A program made the translations under genes and the position numbers. Positions 18,329 to 27,823 of a stretch of 32,000 nt of DNA are shown here, piece by piece. This DNA is from Haloferax volcanii DS2 (GTDB lineage: Archaea; Halobacteriota; Halobacteria; Halobacteriales; Haloferacaceae): NCBI RefSeq assembly GCF_000025685.1, contig NC_013966.1, positions 480,001 through 512,000 on the forward strand, read 5' to 3'. The notes under the pieces are model-generated. The model ran no database searches. It saw only the letters and a list, made by a program, of their open reading frames with translations, and was not told the origin of the DNA. The first letter of the stretch is position 1; the number at the start of each line of letters is the position of its first letter.

Positions 18329-19576
18329 TCAGACCCCTCCCGCGCGCCGAAGCGCGTCGATGTCGGCGTCGTCGTAGCCGAGCGACGAGAGGATGGCCTC
18401 GGTGTGCTCGCCGAGCTTCGGCGGGTCGGTCGAGTCGGGGCGGTCGAAGCCGCTGGCGACGACGGGGAACCGCGGGACGCTGACCGACCGCAACGTTCCC
18501 TCCGCAGTTTCGACCTCGGTGAAGAAGTCGGTCGCCCGCAGGTGTGGGTCGGTCGCGACCTCGTCCATCGAGTTCACCTTGGCGACGGGGACGCCGACCT
18601 CGCGCAGCCCGGCGACGAGGTCGGCGGCGGGGAGCGTCTCGCACTCGGCGCGGAGCAGGTCCATGAGTTCGTCGAGGTTCTCCCGGCGGTCCGGGAGCGT
18701 GGCGAACCGCTCGTCCTCGTGGAGGTCGAGGCCGAGCGCCTCGCAGAGCGCGGTCCACTGGCGCTCGCCGGAGGGGCCGATGAACACCCACTCGTCGTCG
18801 GCCGTCTCGAACACGTCGTAGGGTGCCCAGTTGGGGTGCGACGCGCCCATCGGCCCCGGCACGTCGTCGTAGGCCTCGGTGTACGCGAGCCAGTAGCCCA
18901 TCATCGAGACGGTGGACTCGAACAGCGGTGCGGTCACCTTCGACCCCTCTCCGGTCCGGTCGCGGCGGTAGAGCGCCCCGAGGACCGCTATCGCGCCGTA
19001 GAACGACGCGGCCATGTCGGCGATGCTCGTGCCCGACCGGACCGGGGGTATCCCCTCGTGGCCGGTGACGCTCATCAGCCCCGACAGCGCCTCCGCGATG
19101 GGGTCGAGCGCGGGGTACGACTCGTAGGGGCCGGGATTGAACCCCTTGATGGAGCAGTAGACGAGGCCCGGATGCGTCTCTTTCAACTGCTCGTAGCCGA
19201 TGCCGAGCCGTTCGGCGGTTCCCGGCGCGTAGTTCTCGACGACCACGTCGGTCTCGTCGAGCAGGTCGAAGAACGCGTCGAGTGCCGCGTCGGACTTGAG
19301 GTCGAGCGTGAGGCTCCGCTTGTCCCGGTTGACGTAGTTGAACGAGCTGTTTCCGACCGGCGACGACCCGCGGATGAGGTCGCCGCCCTCCGGGTGTTCG
19401 ACCTTGATGACGTCCGCACCGAGGTCGGCGAGGAGCATCGAACAGAACGGCCCGGCGATGATATGGCCGAGTTCGAGCACGCGCACGCCGTCGAGCGGGA
19501 GTCCTCGCGTCGCCGACGCGGTCGCGCCCGCGGCAGTCTCGGTACTCTCGGCGCGCTCGGCGCTGTCGCCGCTCAT
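18329..19576 (-). CDS. family III CoA-transferase (CaiB/BaiF type)
   Basis: PLDGVRVLELGHIIAGPFCSMLLADLGADVIKVE and the active-site region ALDPIAEALSGLMSVTG are typical of class III CoA-transferases. Its start overlaps the stop of the ABC ATPase gene as ATGA. Confidence 0.9.
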   Translation of the reverse strand: MSGDSAERAESTETAAGATASATRGLPLDGVRVLELGHIIAGPFCSMLLADLGADVIKVEHPEGGDLIRGSSPVGNSSFNYVNRDKRSLTLDLKSDAALDAFFDLLDETDVVVENYAPGTAERLGIGYEQLKETHPGLVYCSIKGFNPGPYESYPALDPIAEALSGLMSVTGHEGIPPVRSGTSIADMAASFYGAIAVLGALYRRDRTGEGSKVTAPLFESTVSMMGYWLAYTEAYDDVPGPMGASHPNWAPYDVFETADDEWVFIGPSGERQWTALCEALGLDLHEDERFATLPDRRENLDELMDLLRAECETLPAADLVAGLREVGVPVAKVNSMDEVATDPHLRATDFFTEVETAEGTLRSVSVPRFPVVASGFDRPDSTDPPKLGEHTEAILSSLGYDDADIDALRRAGGV

Positions 19577-20724
19577 GGAGTGACGCCCCCCGTCCCCGCG
19601 GGCGACGACGAGCGCTCGCCGGCGCGTTCAGACCCGAAGAGTATCGTCTCGCCGTCCTCGCCGAAGACGAACGCGTCGGCGAGGTCGAACGACACGTCGA
19701 GGCGGTCGCCCGCGACCGCGTCGTCGACGGCGTCGCTGACCACGTCGAAGGGGGTGCCGTCTTCGAGGCGGCCGTGGACCACGGACTCGGTGCCGAGCGT
19801 CTCGACGACCTCCACGTCGACCGAGAGCCGACACGCCCCGGCGGAGCCGACATCGAGGTACTGCGGCCTGATGCCGAGTCTGACGCGGCCGGCGGTCGGG
19901 GCGTCGACGCCGGCCGGGAGCGAAAGCTCGAACCCGGGACCGACGAGCACGGTCTCGCCGTCGCGGTGCTCGACCGCGCAGTCGACGACGTTGGTCGAGG
20001 GCATGCCGATGAACTGCGCGACGTACTCCGAGTTCGGGTAGTCGAACAGCTGTTTCGGCGGGTCGACCTGCGCGAGTTCGCCGTCGCGCAGGAGGACCAC
20101 CTGGTCGCTCATCGTCATCGCCTCGGTCTGGTCGTGAGTGACGTAGACGACGGTCGTGTCGAGTTCCTGGTGGAGTCGCTGAATCTCGACGCGGAGGTCG
20201 GATTTGAGCTTCGCGTCGAGGTCGGACATCGGCTCGTCCAGAAGCAGCACGTCGGGGTCCTGCACGAACGCGCCGCCGAGGGCGACGCGCTGTTGTTGGC
20301 CGCCGGAGAGTTCGGCGGGCATCTTCTCCAACTGCGCCTCGATTTGGAGGACTTCGGCGGCCTCGTCGATGCGCTCGTCGCGTTCGGCCTTCGGGACGCC
20401 GTGAATCTTCAGGCCGTAGCCGATGTTCTCGCGGACGGACATGTGCGGGTAGAGCGCGATGGACTGGAACACCATCGAGACGTTGCGCTCCTGCGGCGGG
20501 AGGTCGGTCACGTCCTCGTCGCCGAACGAGACGGTGCCCGAGGTGGGCGTCTCCAGCCCGGCCAACATGCGCAGGGTCGTCGTCTTCCCGCAGCCCGAGG
20601 GGCCGACGAAGGTCGTAAACGAGCCTTCGGGGATGTCGAGGCTGAGGTCGTCGACGGCGACGTGCGTGTTTCCGAGGGTGCGAAACTCCTTTCTGACGGT
20701 GTCGAGGTGGATGCTGGTTGCCAT
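19573..20724 (-). CDS. ABC transporter ATP-binding protein, MalK/UgpC type with C-terminal TOBE-like domain
   Basis: The true start is MATSIHLDTVRKEF (ATG at 20724). Walker A is GPSGCGKTT, the signature is [11 protein letters not shown] and Walker B is LLLDEP. The first 119 codons of the track ORF are an Arg-rich artefact that overlaps the permease gene. Confidence 0.93.
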   Translation of the reverse strand: MATSIHLDTVRKEFRTLGNTHVAVDDLSLDIPEGSFTTFVGPSGCGKTTTLRMLAGLETPTSGTVSFGDEDVTDLPPQERNVSMVFQSIALYPHMSVRENIGYGLKIHGVPKAERDERIDEAAEVLQIEAQLEKMPAELSGGQQQRVALGGAFVQDPDVLLLDEPMSDLDAKLKSDLRVEIQRLHQELDTTVVYVTHDQTEAMTMSDQVVLLRDGELAQVDPPKQLFDYPNSEYVAQFIGMPSTNVVDCAVEHRDGETVLVGPGFELSLPAGVDAPTAGRVRLGIRPQYLDVGSAGACRLSVDVEVVETLGTESVVHGRLEDGTPFDVVSDAVDDAVAGDRLDVSFDLADAFVFGEDGETILFGSERAGERSSSPAGTGGVTP

Positions 20725-21590
20725 TATTCGAGGCCTCCAACGCTGAAGCCCTGGAGGAGGTATCGTTGCAGGAACAGTGCGATGAGGAACGGCGGAATCG
20801 AGATGAGAAGCGAGACGGCCATCGTCTCGCCCCAGCCGATGCTGACGCGGTCCAAGAACAGCGACGCGCCGACGGTGATGGTGTACATCTCGTCGCGGCT
20901 CATCACGACGCGCGCCATGGTGAAGTCGTTCCACGCGACGGCGAACGCGAAGATGGCCGCGGAGATGTAGCCGGGCCGGGCGACCGGCAGGACCACGTCT
21001 CTGACGGTGCGCCAGCGACTCGCGCCGCGGACCCACGCGGACTCTTCGAGCGCGATGGGGACGGTCTGGAAGTACTGCCACATCAGCCAGATGCAGAACG
21101 GCGCGGAGATGGCCGTCAGCGCGAGGGTGAGCGCGAAGTGGCTGTTGAGCAGGCCGAGCGTCGAGAAGACGACGTACAGCGGGATGGCGAGGACGATGGG
21201 GCTGAACATGTACGAGAACAGCACCGCCCGCGCCGCCAGCGACTTCCCGGTGAAGTCGAAGCGCGTCAGGCCGTAGCCCGCCGCGACCGCGATAGTCGTC
21301 GAGAGGACGGTCGACCCGAGCGTGACGACGAGGCTGTTGACGAAGTACCGGACCGTGTCGGTCGACCCGAGGAGGACGAGGAAGTTCCGGAGCGACGGCT
21401 CGGTGGGCAGCAGGTTCACCCGCCCGCCGGCGAACGTCGTCGCCGGCGACTGGATGGCGATGACCACCATCACGTACACCGGGATGATGGTGAACACCGA
21501 GATGAGAAGCGCCGTCAGGTAGACGGCGATTCGCTGGAGGCGTTTCTGGGTGTCGTGGGAGACGAGGCCGCGACCGGAGGACGTCGCCAT
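20724..21590 (-). CDS. ABC transporter permease (MalG/UgpE-like, CUT1 family)
   Basis: The 288-aa product has 6 TM segments and an EAA-loop region (ALEESAWVRGASRWRTVRDVVLP). Its stop and the ATPase start share one nucleotide (TAATG). Confidence 0.9.
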   Translation of the reverse strand: MATSSGRGLVSHDTQKRLQRIAVYLTALLISVFTIIPVYVMVVIAIQSPATTFAGGRVNLLPTEPSLRNFLVLLGSTDTVRYFVNSLVVTLGSTVLSTTIAVAAGYGLTRFDFTGKSLAARAVLFSYMFSPIVLAIPLYVVFSTLGLLNSHFALTLALTAISAPFCIWLMWQYFQTVPIALEESAWVRGASRWRTVRDVVLPVARPGYISAAIFAFAVAWNDFTMARVVMSRDEMYTITVGASLFLDRVSIGWGETMAVSLLISIPPFLIALFLQRYLLQGFSVGGLE

Positions 21591-21591
21591 C

Positions 21592-22521
21592 TCACGCCAC
21601 CTCCTTTTCGGGGGCGAACGCCCGGAAGTAGACCACCGCGACGCCGGCGAGGAGGAAGAACATGACGCCGGCGAGCGCCGTCGCCATGCCGAAGTTCACC
21701 TCGCTGAACGCGAGTTGGTAGACGCGAATCGGGAGCGTCGTCGTCTGCTGGAGCGGGCCGCCGCGGGTCGAGAGGTAGATGATGTCGAACTTGTTGAACA
21801 TCCAGATGCCCCTGACGAGGAGGATGATGAGAATCGCGCCGCGGAGGTGCGGAAAGGTGATGTCGCGGAACGCCTGCCACGTCGTCGCGCCCTCGACCCG
21901 CGCCCGTTCGTAGAGGTCGGGGTCGATGGCCTGCAAGCGCGCGAGCAGGATGAAGAAGGCGAAGCTGGCGAACTTCCAGACGCTCGTGACGACGACCGCC
22001 GGCATGGCGAACTCCAGGGTCGAGAAGAACGCGATGGGTTTGTCGATGAGCCCGGCGTCGACGAGGAACTGGTTCAGAATCCCGATGTTGGGGTCGAGGA
22101 TGAACTTCCACATGAAGATGACAACGAGCGTCGGCAGGAGGTACGGGAAAATCATCAGCGTCCGCAGGGCGTCGCCGCCGCGGATGCGCTGATTGATGAC
22201 GAGCGCGAGCCCCAGCCCGATGACGAGGCTCAGCCCCGTCGTCGCCACCGCGTAGACGACGCTGTTCCAGAGGAAGCCCCAGAACGCGCCGTTACCGAGG
22301 AGTTCGGCGTAGTTGCCGAGGCCGACGAACTCGGGGCTCCGCACCGGCGACGCGAACAGGCTCATCCCGAGCGCGTAGACGATGGGGATGACCCAGACCA
22401 CGACGAAGAACGCGAGCATCGGGACGAAACACGCCGCCAACAGGAGCGTCGTGCCGTCCACGTCGCGCTCTCGGAGGGCCGACCCGGCGGCTTCCAACCG
22501 CGATTTGAGGGCCGTACTCAT
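21592..22521 (-). CDS. ABC transporter permease (MalF/UgpA-like, CUT1 family)
   Basis: The true start is MSTALKSRLEAAG (ATG at 22521), which overlaps the binding-protein stop as ATGA. The EAA loop is DLYERARVEGATTWQAFRDITFP. The upstream part of the 583-aa track ORF is an Arg-rich artefact. Confidence 0.9.
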   Translation of the reverse strand: MSTALKSRLEAAGSALRERDVDGTTLLLAACFVPMLAFFVVVWVIPIVYALGMSLFASPVRSPEFVGLGNYAELLGNGAFWGFLWNSVVYAVATTGLSLVIGLGLALVINQRIRGGDALRTLMIFPYLLPTLVVIFMWKFILDPNIGILNQFLVDAGLIDKPIAFFSTLEFAMPAVVVTSVWKFASFAFFILLARLQAIDPDLYERARVEGATTWQAFRDITFPHLRGAILIILLVRGIWMFNKFDIIYLSTRGGPLQQTTTLPIRVYQLAFSEVNFGMATALAGVMFFLLAGVAVVYFRAFAPEKEVA

Positions 22522-23849
22522 TGCAACCCGCGGAGTTGCTCGGCCAGCCAGTCGACCGTCTCGTCGGGCGTGAGCCCGCCGACGAGAAGCTGGTCCGCGG
22601 CCTGTCCGAAGAGCTGTTCGCTGTACGCGTCGGCCGCGACGATGTTCGGCGCGCCGTCGTCGCCCGTCGCGAGGACGCTCGTGAAGGCGTCCCAGTTGTC
22701 GCGGACGAGATTCATCACGTCGGGGTGCTGTTGGATGACCTCGTTTTCGGTCACCTCGGGCGCGTCGAGTTGCTCCCGCGTCGGCGGGAACTGGAACAGC
22801 GGCGCGGAGAGCACGAAGTCGAAGAAGCGCGACGAACTCGTGAAGAAGTCGACGAACGCCTGCGCGCCCTCGGTGTTCTGGCCGTCGTTGCGGACGAGGT
22901 GACCCTCCATGTACGCCCACCACTTGTCCTGCGCCGCCCCGCTCGGCACGGGGAACGGCATCGGACTGAGGTTCTCGACGAGGTCGGGGCGGTTGGCCTG
23001 AATCGTGAGGATGGGGAGGCCGCCGACGCTGGCGATGGCCGCGGCGTTCTCCTGTTGGAGCGCGCCGATGGCGTCGCCCCACGCCCACCCCGAGCCGTTC
23101 GGCGAGTGCTCGGCCATCGACTGGACCCACTCGAACGTCTCGACGGCCGCCTGTCGGTTGTCGTCGTCGTCGAGTCTGACCTCGATGCCGTCGGAGGGGC
23201 CGCCGTAAATCTCCACGTCGTTCTGCCAGAGGTACTGCGTCATCTGGGTGTCGGCGTTGTTCGTCTGGCCCGACTGGACGACGTAACCCTCCATCGACTC
23301 GTTGGCCGACACCTCGCCAGCGGCCTCGACCCACTCGCTCCACGACGCGGGCAACTCCGAGTACACGTCGTTTCGGTACCAGCCCATGAGCGGTTCGACC
23401 ATCGCGGCCGCGAAGTACGACTCGCCGCCGACGGTGACCGGGTCAGGGAGGTCGTTATCTTGGACGGCCCCCGTGACCGGCGCGAGGACGCCGTCGCGCT
23501 GAAGTCGATACGCGTCCGTCGAGGTGTCGAAAAGCAGGTCCGGCGGGTTGCCCGCGGCGACCATCTTCTGCATCTCGGCGTCCGAGGAGGTCCCCTTCGC
23601 CGTGTAAATCATCTCGACCGTGTGGTCGGTCTCCTCCTCGAACTCGGCGATGATTTCGTCCATCACGTCCTTCGAGTCGCCGCGGTCCGAGAGGTATCGA
23701 ATCGGCTCGTTGGAGTCGCCGCCACCGCCGCCGAGACAGCCAGCCGTCGTCACCGCCGCCGCGCTCCCGACCGCCGCGAGGAACGTCCGGCGCGACGACC
23801 CGCGCGTTTTCCGCCCGTCTCCACCACGAGAGTGATTCCCATCTATCAT
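22518..23849 (-). CDS. ABC transporter extracellular solute-binding lipoprotein (family 1 / CUT1)
   Basis: A Tat signal plus lipobox is present (SSRRTFLAAVGSAAAVTTAGCLGG), followed by a solute-binding protein family 1 body. It is the first gene of the operon. The start is ATG 23849, with GTG 23873 as the alternative. Confidence 0.88.
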   Translation of the reverse strand: MIDGNHSRGGDGRKTRGSSRRTFLAAVGSAAAVTTAGCLGGGGGDSNEPIRYLSDRGDSKDVMDEIIAEFEEETDHTVEMIYTAKGTSSDAEMQKMVAAGNPPDLLFDTSTDAYRLQRDGVLAPVTGAVQDNDLPDPVTVGGESYFAAAMVEPLMGWYRNDVYSELPASWSEWVEAAGEVSANESMEGYVVQSGQTNNADTQMTQYLWQNDVEIYGGPSDGIEVRLDDDDNRQAAVETFEWVQSMAEHSPNGSGWAWGDAIGALQQENAAAIASVGGLPILTIQANRPDLVENLSPMPFPVPSGAAQDKWWAYMEGHLVRNDGQNTEGAQAFVDFFTSSSRFFDFVLSAPLFQFPPTREQLDAPEVTENEVIQQHPDVMNLVRDNWDAFTSVLATGDDGAPNIVAADAYSEQLFGQAADQLLVGGLTPDETVDWLAEQLRGLQ

Positions 23850-23910
23850 GGTAATTGCAAACAATACGTACACCGGTAGAGGCCACGGGAGTAGTGCCTA
23901 CCCCTGTTGG

Positions 23911-23938
23911 CTCTTTATACTGGTTTCCGGATATCTGG
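23911..23938 (-). promoter_or_regulatory. TATA box plus adjacent upstream palindrome for the ABC/CoA-transferase operon
   Basis: On the minus strand, TATAAAG lies at 23913-23919. A near-perfect 12-bp palindrome, CCGGATATCTGG (23927-23938), sits just upstream of it, and no ORF explains it. Confidence 0.35.
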
Positions 23939-24015
23939 TGACGTGTTTCAGGTGTACTAGGCGCTTAAAATTCGGAGCGCAGCGTGCGCCGGGGGCCGAG
24001 CCGGTCCGGTCGCGG

Positions 24016-24654
24016 TCAGGTGCTGTCGGGGTTCGCGGGCGTCGTCGCGTCGGCGAGCGCGTCGCTGAGGAGTTTCTTTTCGGCCCGTCGGAGGTGTTCC
24101 AACACGGTCGGTCTGCTCACCTCAAACGCCGCCGCGATTTCCTCGACCGTGACGCCCCGCGGCCAGTCGTAGTAGCCGCGTTCGAGCGCGTAGCCGACGA
24201 CCTCGGCCTGCCGCTTCGAGAGCCGCGTCGAGGGGCCGACGAAGGGTTTCAGCCGCCGGAGTTCGACGGTGCCGAGCGACCGGAGGCCCGAGATGATAGC
24301 CTTGAGGTCGGCCCGGCGGAAGACGACCACGTCGAAGACGCGCGAGCGACCGTAGAACTGGCTCATCCGCTGGAGCATCCCATGGTTCTCTCGGATGACG
24401 GGGAGCGCGCCGGACGGCCGCTTGGTGATGAGCAGTTGGTCGTCGCCGACGAGTTCGAGGTCGCTGACGGCCTCGCTGGCGGCGAGCCGGTCGGCCATCT
24501 CGTCGCGGTGCTCCCCGGCGTCGACGACGAAGCGGATGTCCGTCTCGCCGAGCACCTCGCAGTTCGTCACGACGACCGGCCCGTCGACGAGGTCGCTCAC
24601 GTGCGACAGCACGTAATCCTCGTTCAGTTCGAGGAGGATGGTCGCGCGAAGCAT
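24016..24654 (-). CDS. HTH-10 (bacterio-opsin-activator type) transcription regulator
   Basis: The C-terminal segment LSKRQAEVVGYALERGYYDWPRGVTVEEIAAAFEVSRPTVLEHLRRAEKKL is the canonical Bat-type HTH_10 domain. Confidence 0.85.
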   Translation of the reverse strand: MLRATILLELNEDYVLSHVSDLVDGPVVVTNCEVLGETDIRFVVDAGEHRDEMADRLAASEAVSDLELVGDDQLLITKRPSGALPVIRENHGMLQRMSQFYGRSRVFDVVVFRRADLKAIISGLRSLGTVELRRLKPFVGPSTRLSKRQAEVVGYALERGYYDWPRGVTVEEIAAAFEVSRPTVLEHLRRAEKKLLSDALADATTPANPDST

Positions 24655-24795
24655 CGCTATCGAGACCTCCGGCTGTCGGGGCTGGACAGGCGTCCGAGAC
24701 GGTCCTGTTCGACCACGGCTACCACGCCGATACGTCGCCCGCGGGTAATAGCTGTATCCCGAGGCGGACGACCCGGCGTCCGCGACCCGCGCGGG

Positions 24796-25668
24796 TCACT
24801 CCTCGTCGGGTGACACCGTGATGACGGGAACCGGGGCGCTCCGAACCGTCTGCTCGGCGACGCTCCCGAGGAGAATTCTGTCGACGCCGCTCCGCCCGGT
24901 CGTCCCCATGACGACGGCGTGGATGTCGTTACCTTCGACGTACTCCCGAATCGCCTCGCTCGGCGAGCCGTGTTCGATGGTTTCCGCGAGCTTCGTGACG
25001 CCGTGTTCGTTCGCCTCCTCGACGACCTTCGAAATCGCCTCGTTCGCGCCGCGCTCGCTCTCCTCGCCGGAGAGCATCGACCGCACGTCGAACCCGAGCG
25101 CGGAGTCGTCGACGACCGAGAGGACGTGGACCGTCGCGTCGAGTTCGGCGGCGAGCGCGAGTCCGTGGCTCGTCGCCCGCTTCGTCGAGCGACTCCCGTC
25201 GGTCGGGATGAGGATGCGGTCGTAGGGGAACGTCAGCTCCTCGTCGGGCTTCATGCGGGCGGTGAGCACCGGCCGGTCCGACAGGCGGACGACCTTCTCC
25301 GTGACGCTCCCGCGAAGCTGTCGCGAGATACCCTCCCGACCGTGGGTCGGCATCACGACGAGGTCGTAGTCGTACTCCTCGGCGTACTCGACGATGGTCG
25401 GTGCGGGGTTGCCTTGTACCACGTCCGTCGAGTAATCGACGCCGAGGTTTTGGAGCGTCTCCGCCGCCTCGTCGACGACGCTCTCGCCCTCGCGTTCGAG
25501 CGCGTCGACCACGTCGTTCCCGACCACGGTGACGCTGTCGCGGGTCGTGTCGGCGACGAAGAGCAGTCGTATCTCCGCGTCGTCCCAGTGGGCGAGTTCG
25601 CTGGCGTGGTGGAGAACCGCGCTCGACGACGTGCTCTCGTAGACGGGCAGGAGGATGCGCTCGTACAT
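24796..25668 (-). CDS. tandem universal stress protein (two UspA domains)
   Basis: There are two repeats of the USP fold, each ending in an ATP-binding motif: MPTHGREGISRQLRGSVTEKVV and MGTTGRSGVDRILLGSVAEQTV. Confidence 0.92.
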   Translation of the reverse strand: MYERILLPVYESTSSSAVLHHASELAHWDDAEIRLLFVADTTRDSVTVVGNDVVDALEREGESVVDEAAETLQNLGVDYSTDVVQGNPAPTIVEYAEEYDYDLVVMPTHGREGISRQLRGSVTEKVVRLSDRPVLTARMKPDEELTFPYDRILIPTDGSRSTKRATSHGLALAAELDATVHVLSVVDDSALGFDVRSMLSGEESERGANEAISKVVEEANEHGVTKLAETIEHGSPSEAIREYVEGNDIHAVVMGTTGRSGVDRILLGSVAEQTVRSAPVPVITVSPDEE

Positions 25669-25794
25669 GGCTTGTCATACACCCGGTCGCGGGTAAGTCC
25701 TTTCGCCGGGCGGCGTTCGCGGACCGCCCGCCGCCGGCGTCACGACCATCGGCGCGCCACACAGTTATCAGACGGCAGTGACAACCGAACGGTG

Positions 25795-26478
25795 ATGGCA
25801 CCGACGGATGAGTCACCTCGGGGCGGCGAAACGCGGCCGCGACGCAACCGGCGGCACCGACGCCGGCAACGCGACGACGACGAGACCGGGGTCGACGCGT
25901 GGCTCGACGCGACGGTCTACTTCGGGCTCGGACAGCACCTGCTTCTGGCGCTGCCGATGCTCTGGGTCGCCTTCATGACCGTCTCGACCCCGGTGGCGGT
26001 CACGACCGCGGCCGTCGTCTCGCTGGCGGTCGCCTGTCTCGCCATCGGCGCGCTCCGGTTGGACGCCGTCTCGGTCGGCGCGCCGTGGCACCGAATCGAA
26101 GACAACGAAATCGGTCTCGGCCCCGACGCAGGCTACGGTTTTCTCGTCCGTCGGGCGGCCTATCTGAACGCGACGCTCGGCCTCGGGACGTTCCTCGGCG
26201 CGCGCGCCGACCTCGCCGGAGCGGGCTTCCTCGGCTCTGTCGTCGTCGCCGGCGGCGTCGCGCTCTGTGCGATGCTCGCGCTCCCCCGACTGCGCGCCGC
26301 GCCGGCCCGCACGTCGGCCGCGGCCGCCGGCGTCTACTACGCCGTCTCGCTCCTCGCGGTCGCGACGTTCCCCGGCGTGGCCGGCCTGTTCTCCCTGTCG
26401 CCGTCGGTCGCGCTCTGCGTGCTCGCAGTCGCGGTCGCCGCCGCGTCGGACGTGGCGACCGACCGAAAGCGTCGTTGA
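25795..26478 (+). CDS. hypothetical integral membrane protein (227 aa)
   Basis: This is the 3' part of the 519-aa track ORF, starting at the ATG at 25795. It has a basic N-terminus followed by about 6 Ala/Val/Leu/Gly-rich TM segments. A TATA-like AGTTATCA lies about 28 nt upstream. The competing ORFs here are Arg-rich artefacts. Confidence 0.55.
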   Translation: MAPTDESPRGGETRPRRNRRHRRRQRDDDETGVDAWLDATVYFGLGQHLLLALPMLWVAFMTVSTPVAVTTAAVVSLAVACLAIGALRLDAVSVGAPWHRIEDNEIGLGPDAGYGFLVRRAAYLNATLGLGTFLGARADLAGAGFLGSVVVAGGVALCAMLALPRLRAAPARTSAAAAGVYYAVSLLAVATFPGVAGLFSLSPSVALCVLAVAVAAASDVATDRKRR

Positions 26479-26601
26479 CGGTCTGTCGGCTCCGCGGCCG
26501 TCGCACCCCGTCCTCGGTCATCAACTTTTCAACCTCGCGCACCGACTCGTCGGGCATGACACTGATTCCGCGACCGGGATGCCCGCCCGAGGTGGCGCAG
26601 C

Positions 26602-27741
26602 GTGACTGACGCCGCGCTCGCCGACGACGACGTGGCGGCGCTCCGAACGGCGGCCGACACCCTCCGCGGCCGACGCGAGGCGGTCGACGACATCGGCCGC
26701 GAGGAGCTTCGGACGCTCGCGTCCGCCGTCCGCGACGTGACGGAGATTCTCGACCGCTACGAGGAGCGGGCGACCGACGACCTCGAAGGCTACGTCGAGT
26801 TCCGCGAGGCACTGTCGGACCGGCTGGAGGAGGTCCCCGCCGACGTGCGCCACAGCGACGCCTTCATCGACGCCAACGAGTCGCTCACGACCGGCATCAC
26901 CTCGTCGCTGTCGGCGTCCGACTTCGAGCAGGCCAGACGCGAACTGGACCCAGCCCGCGAGGAGGCGGCGCTCCTCGACGAACTGGACGAGGCGAGAGAC
27001 GACTATCGGAGCGCCGGCCGGCGACTGCGGGAGCGCGCGGACGAACTCGACGCGCGAATCGACCGCCTCGAACGCGTGCGGGAACTCGGTGAGGCCGACA
27101 TCGACGCGCCGGTGGACGAACTCCGCGACCCCATCGAGCGGTACGACGACGCCGTGACCGAGGCGTTCGACCGGTTCCGCGCCGAGTCATCGGCCCGCGA
27201 GGTGCTCGCGTGGCTGGCGGCCGCCGAGTCGTACCCGCTGGTCGGGACGCCCAGTCCCCCCGAGCGACTGCGCGAGTACCTCGAAACAGCCGCCATCGGG
27301 GACGAGCCGATTCCCACGCTCGTCGAGTACGCCGGCTACTCGCGGTCGAAACTCGCCCACTACGTGGGCGACCCGAAGCGGTTCGCCGCGGCCGTCGGGA
27401 CGAACAAACGGTTTCTGGAGACGCTCGACGCCGACCCGCTGACCGTCTCGTGGCCGCCGGACCCCGCCGCTGAACTCCGCTGGCGGACGAAAGAACTCGT
27501 CGCCGTCGTGAGTCGGTTCGCCGCCGACGAGACGGTCGCCCGCGCCCGGGAGGTCCACGAACTGACGTACGAGGAGTCGTACGACCGCCTCCGCGACGCC
27601 GCGGTCGCCCGCGCGGAACTCACCGAAGACCAGCGTGAGCGACTCCAGCGGGGCGTCGTCGAAGAGGAGTTAGCCGACGCCCGCGAGGAGCGCGAGCGGG
27701 TCGCTGACTGCCTCGACGCGAATCCGCCGCTGGACGACTGA
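26602..27741 (+). CDS. acidic helical hypothetical protein (379 aa)
   Basis: It has a GTG start, host-like Asp/Glu/Arg/Leu-rich composition and long predicted helices. I recognise no catalytic motif. Confidence 0.65.
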   Translation: MTDAALADDDVAALRTAADTLRGRREAVDDIGREELRTLASAVRDVTEILDRYEERATDDLEGYVEFREALSDRLEEVPADVRHSDAFIDANESLTTGITSSLSASDFEQARRELDPAREEAALLDELDEARDDYRSAGRRLRERADELDARIDRLERVRELGEADIDAPVDELRDPIERYDDAVTEAFDRFRAESSAREVLAWLAAAESYPLVGTPSPPERLREYLETAAIGDEPIPTLVEYAGYSRSKLAHYVGDPKRFAAAVGTNKRFLETLDADPLTVSWPPDPAAELRWRTKELVAVVSRFAADETVARAREVHELTYEESYDRLRDAAVARAELTEDQRERLQRGVVEEELADAREERERVADCLDANPPLDD

Positions 27742-27823
27742 GCGTCGCCCGGGGCCGCGGCGGCGAGACCGGACGCCCGACGGCGACAAAAAGCACTTAC
27801 CCGACTCGGCGGAACTCCCGGTA

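Noticed and set aside
17477-20041. 854-aa plus-strand ORF and 625-aa minus-strand ORF (17976-19853) across the CoA-transferase and IPMS-like genes
   Set aside because: Both are Arg/Gly/Val/Pro-rich with no motifs. They overlap genes whose products have strong family signatures in another frame.
22522-23343. N-terminal 274 codons of the 583-aa track ORF for the MalF-like permease, and the similar 119-codon extension of the ATPase ORF (20725-21081)
   Set aside because: Both extensions are Arg-rich and lie inside the upstream gene in another frame. Internal ATGs at 22521 and 20724 give canonical N-termini and stop/start overlaps with the preceding genes.
24919-25794. 5' part of the 519-aa plus-strand ORF
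   Set aside because: This part is antisense to the tandem USP gene and Arg/Val/Asp-rich. Only the part from the ATG at 25795 looks like a real (membrane) protein.
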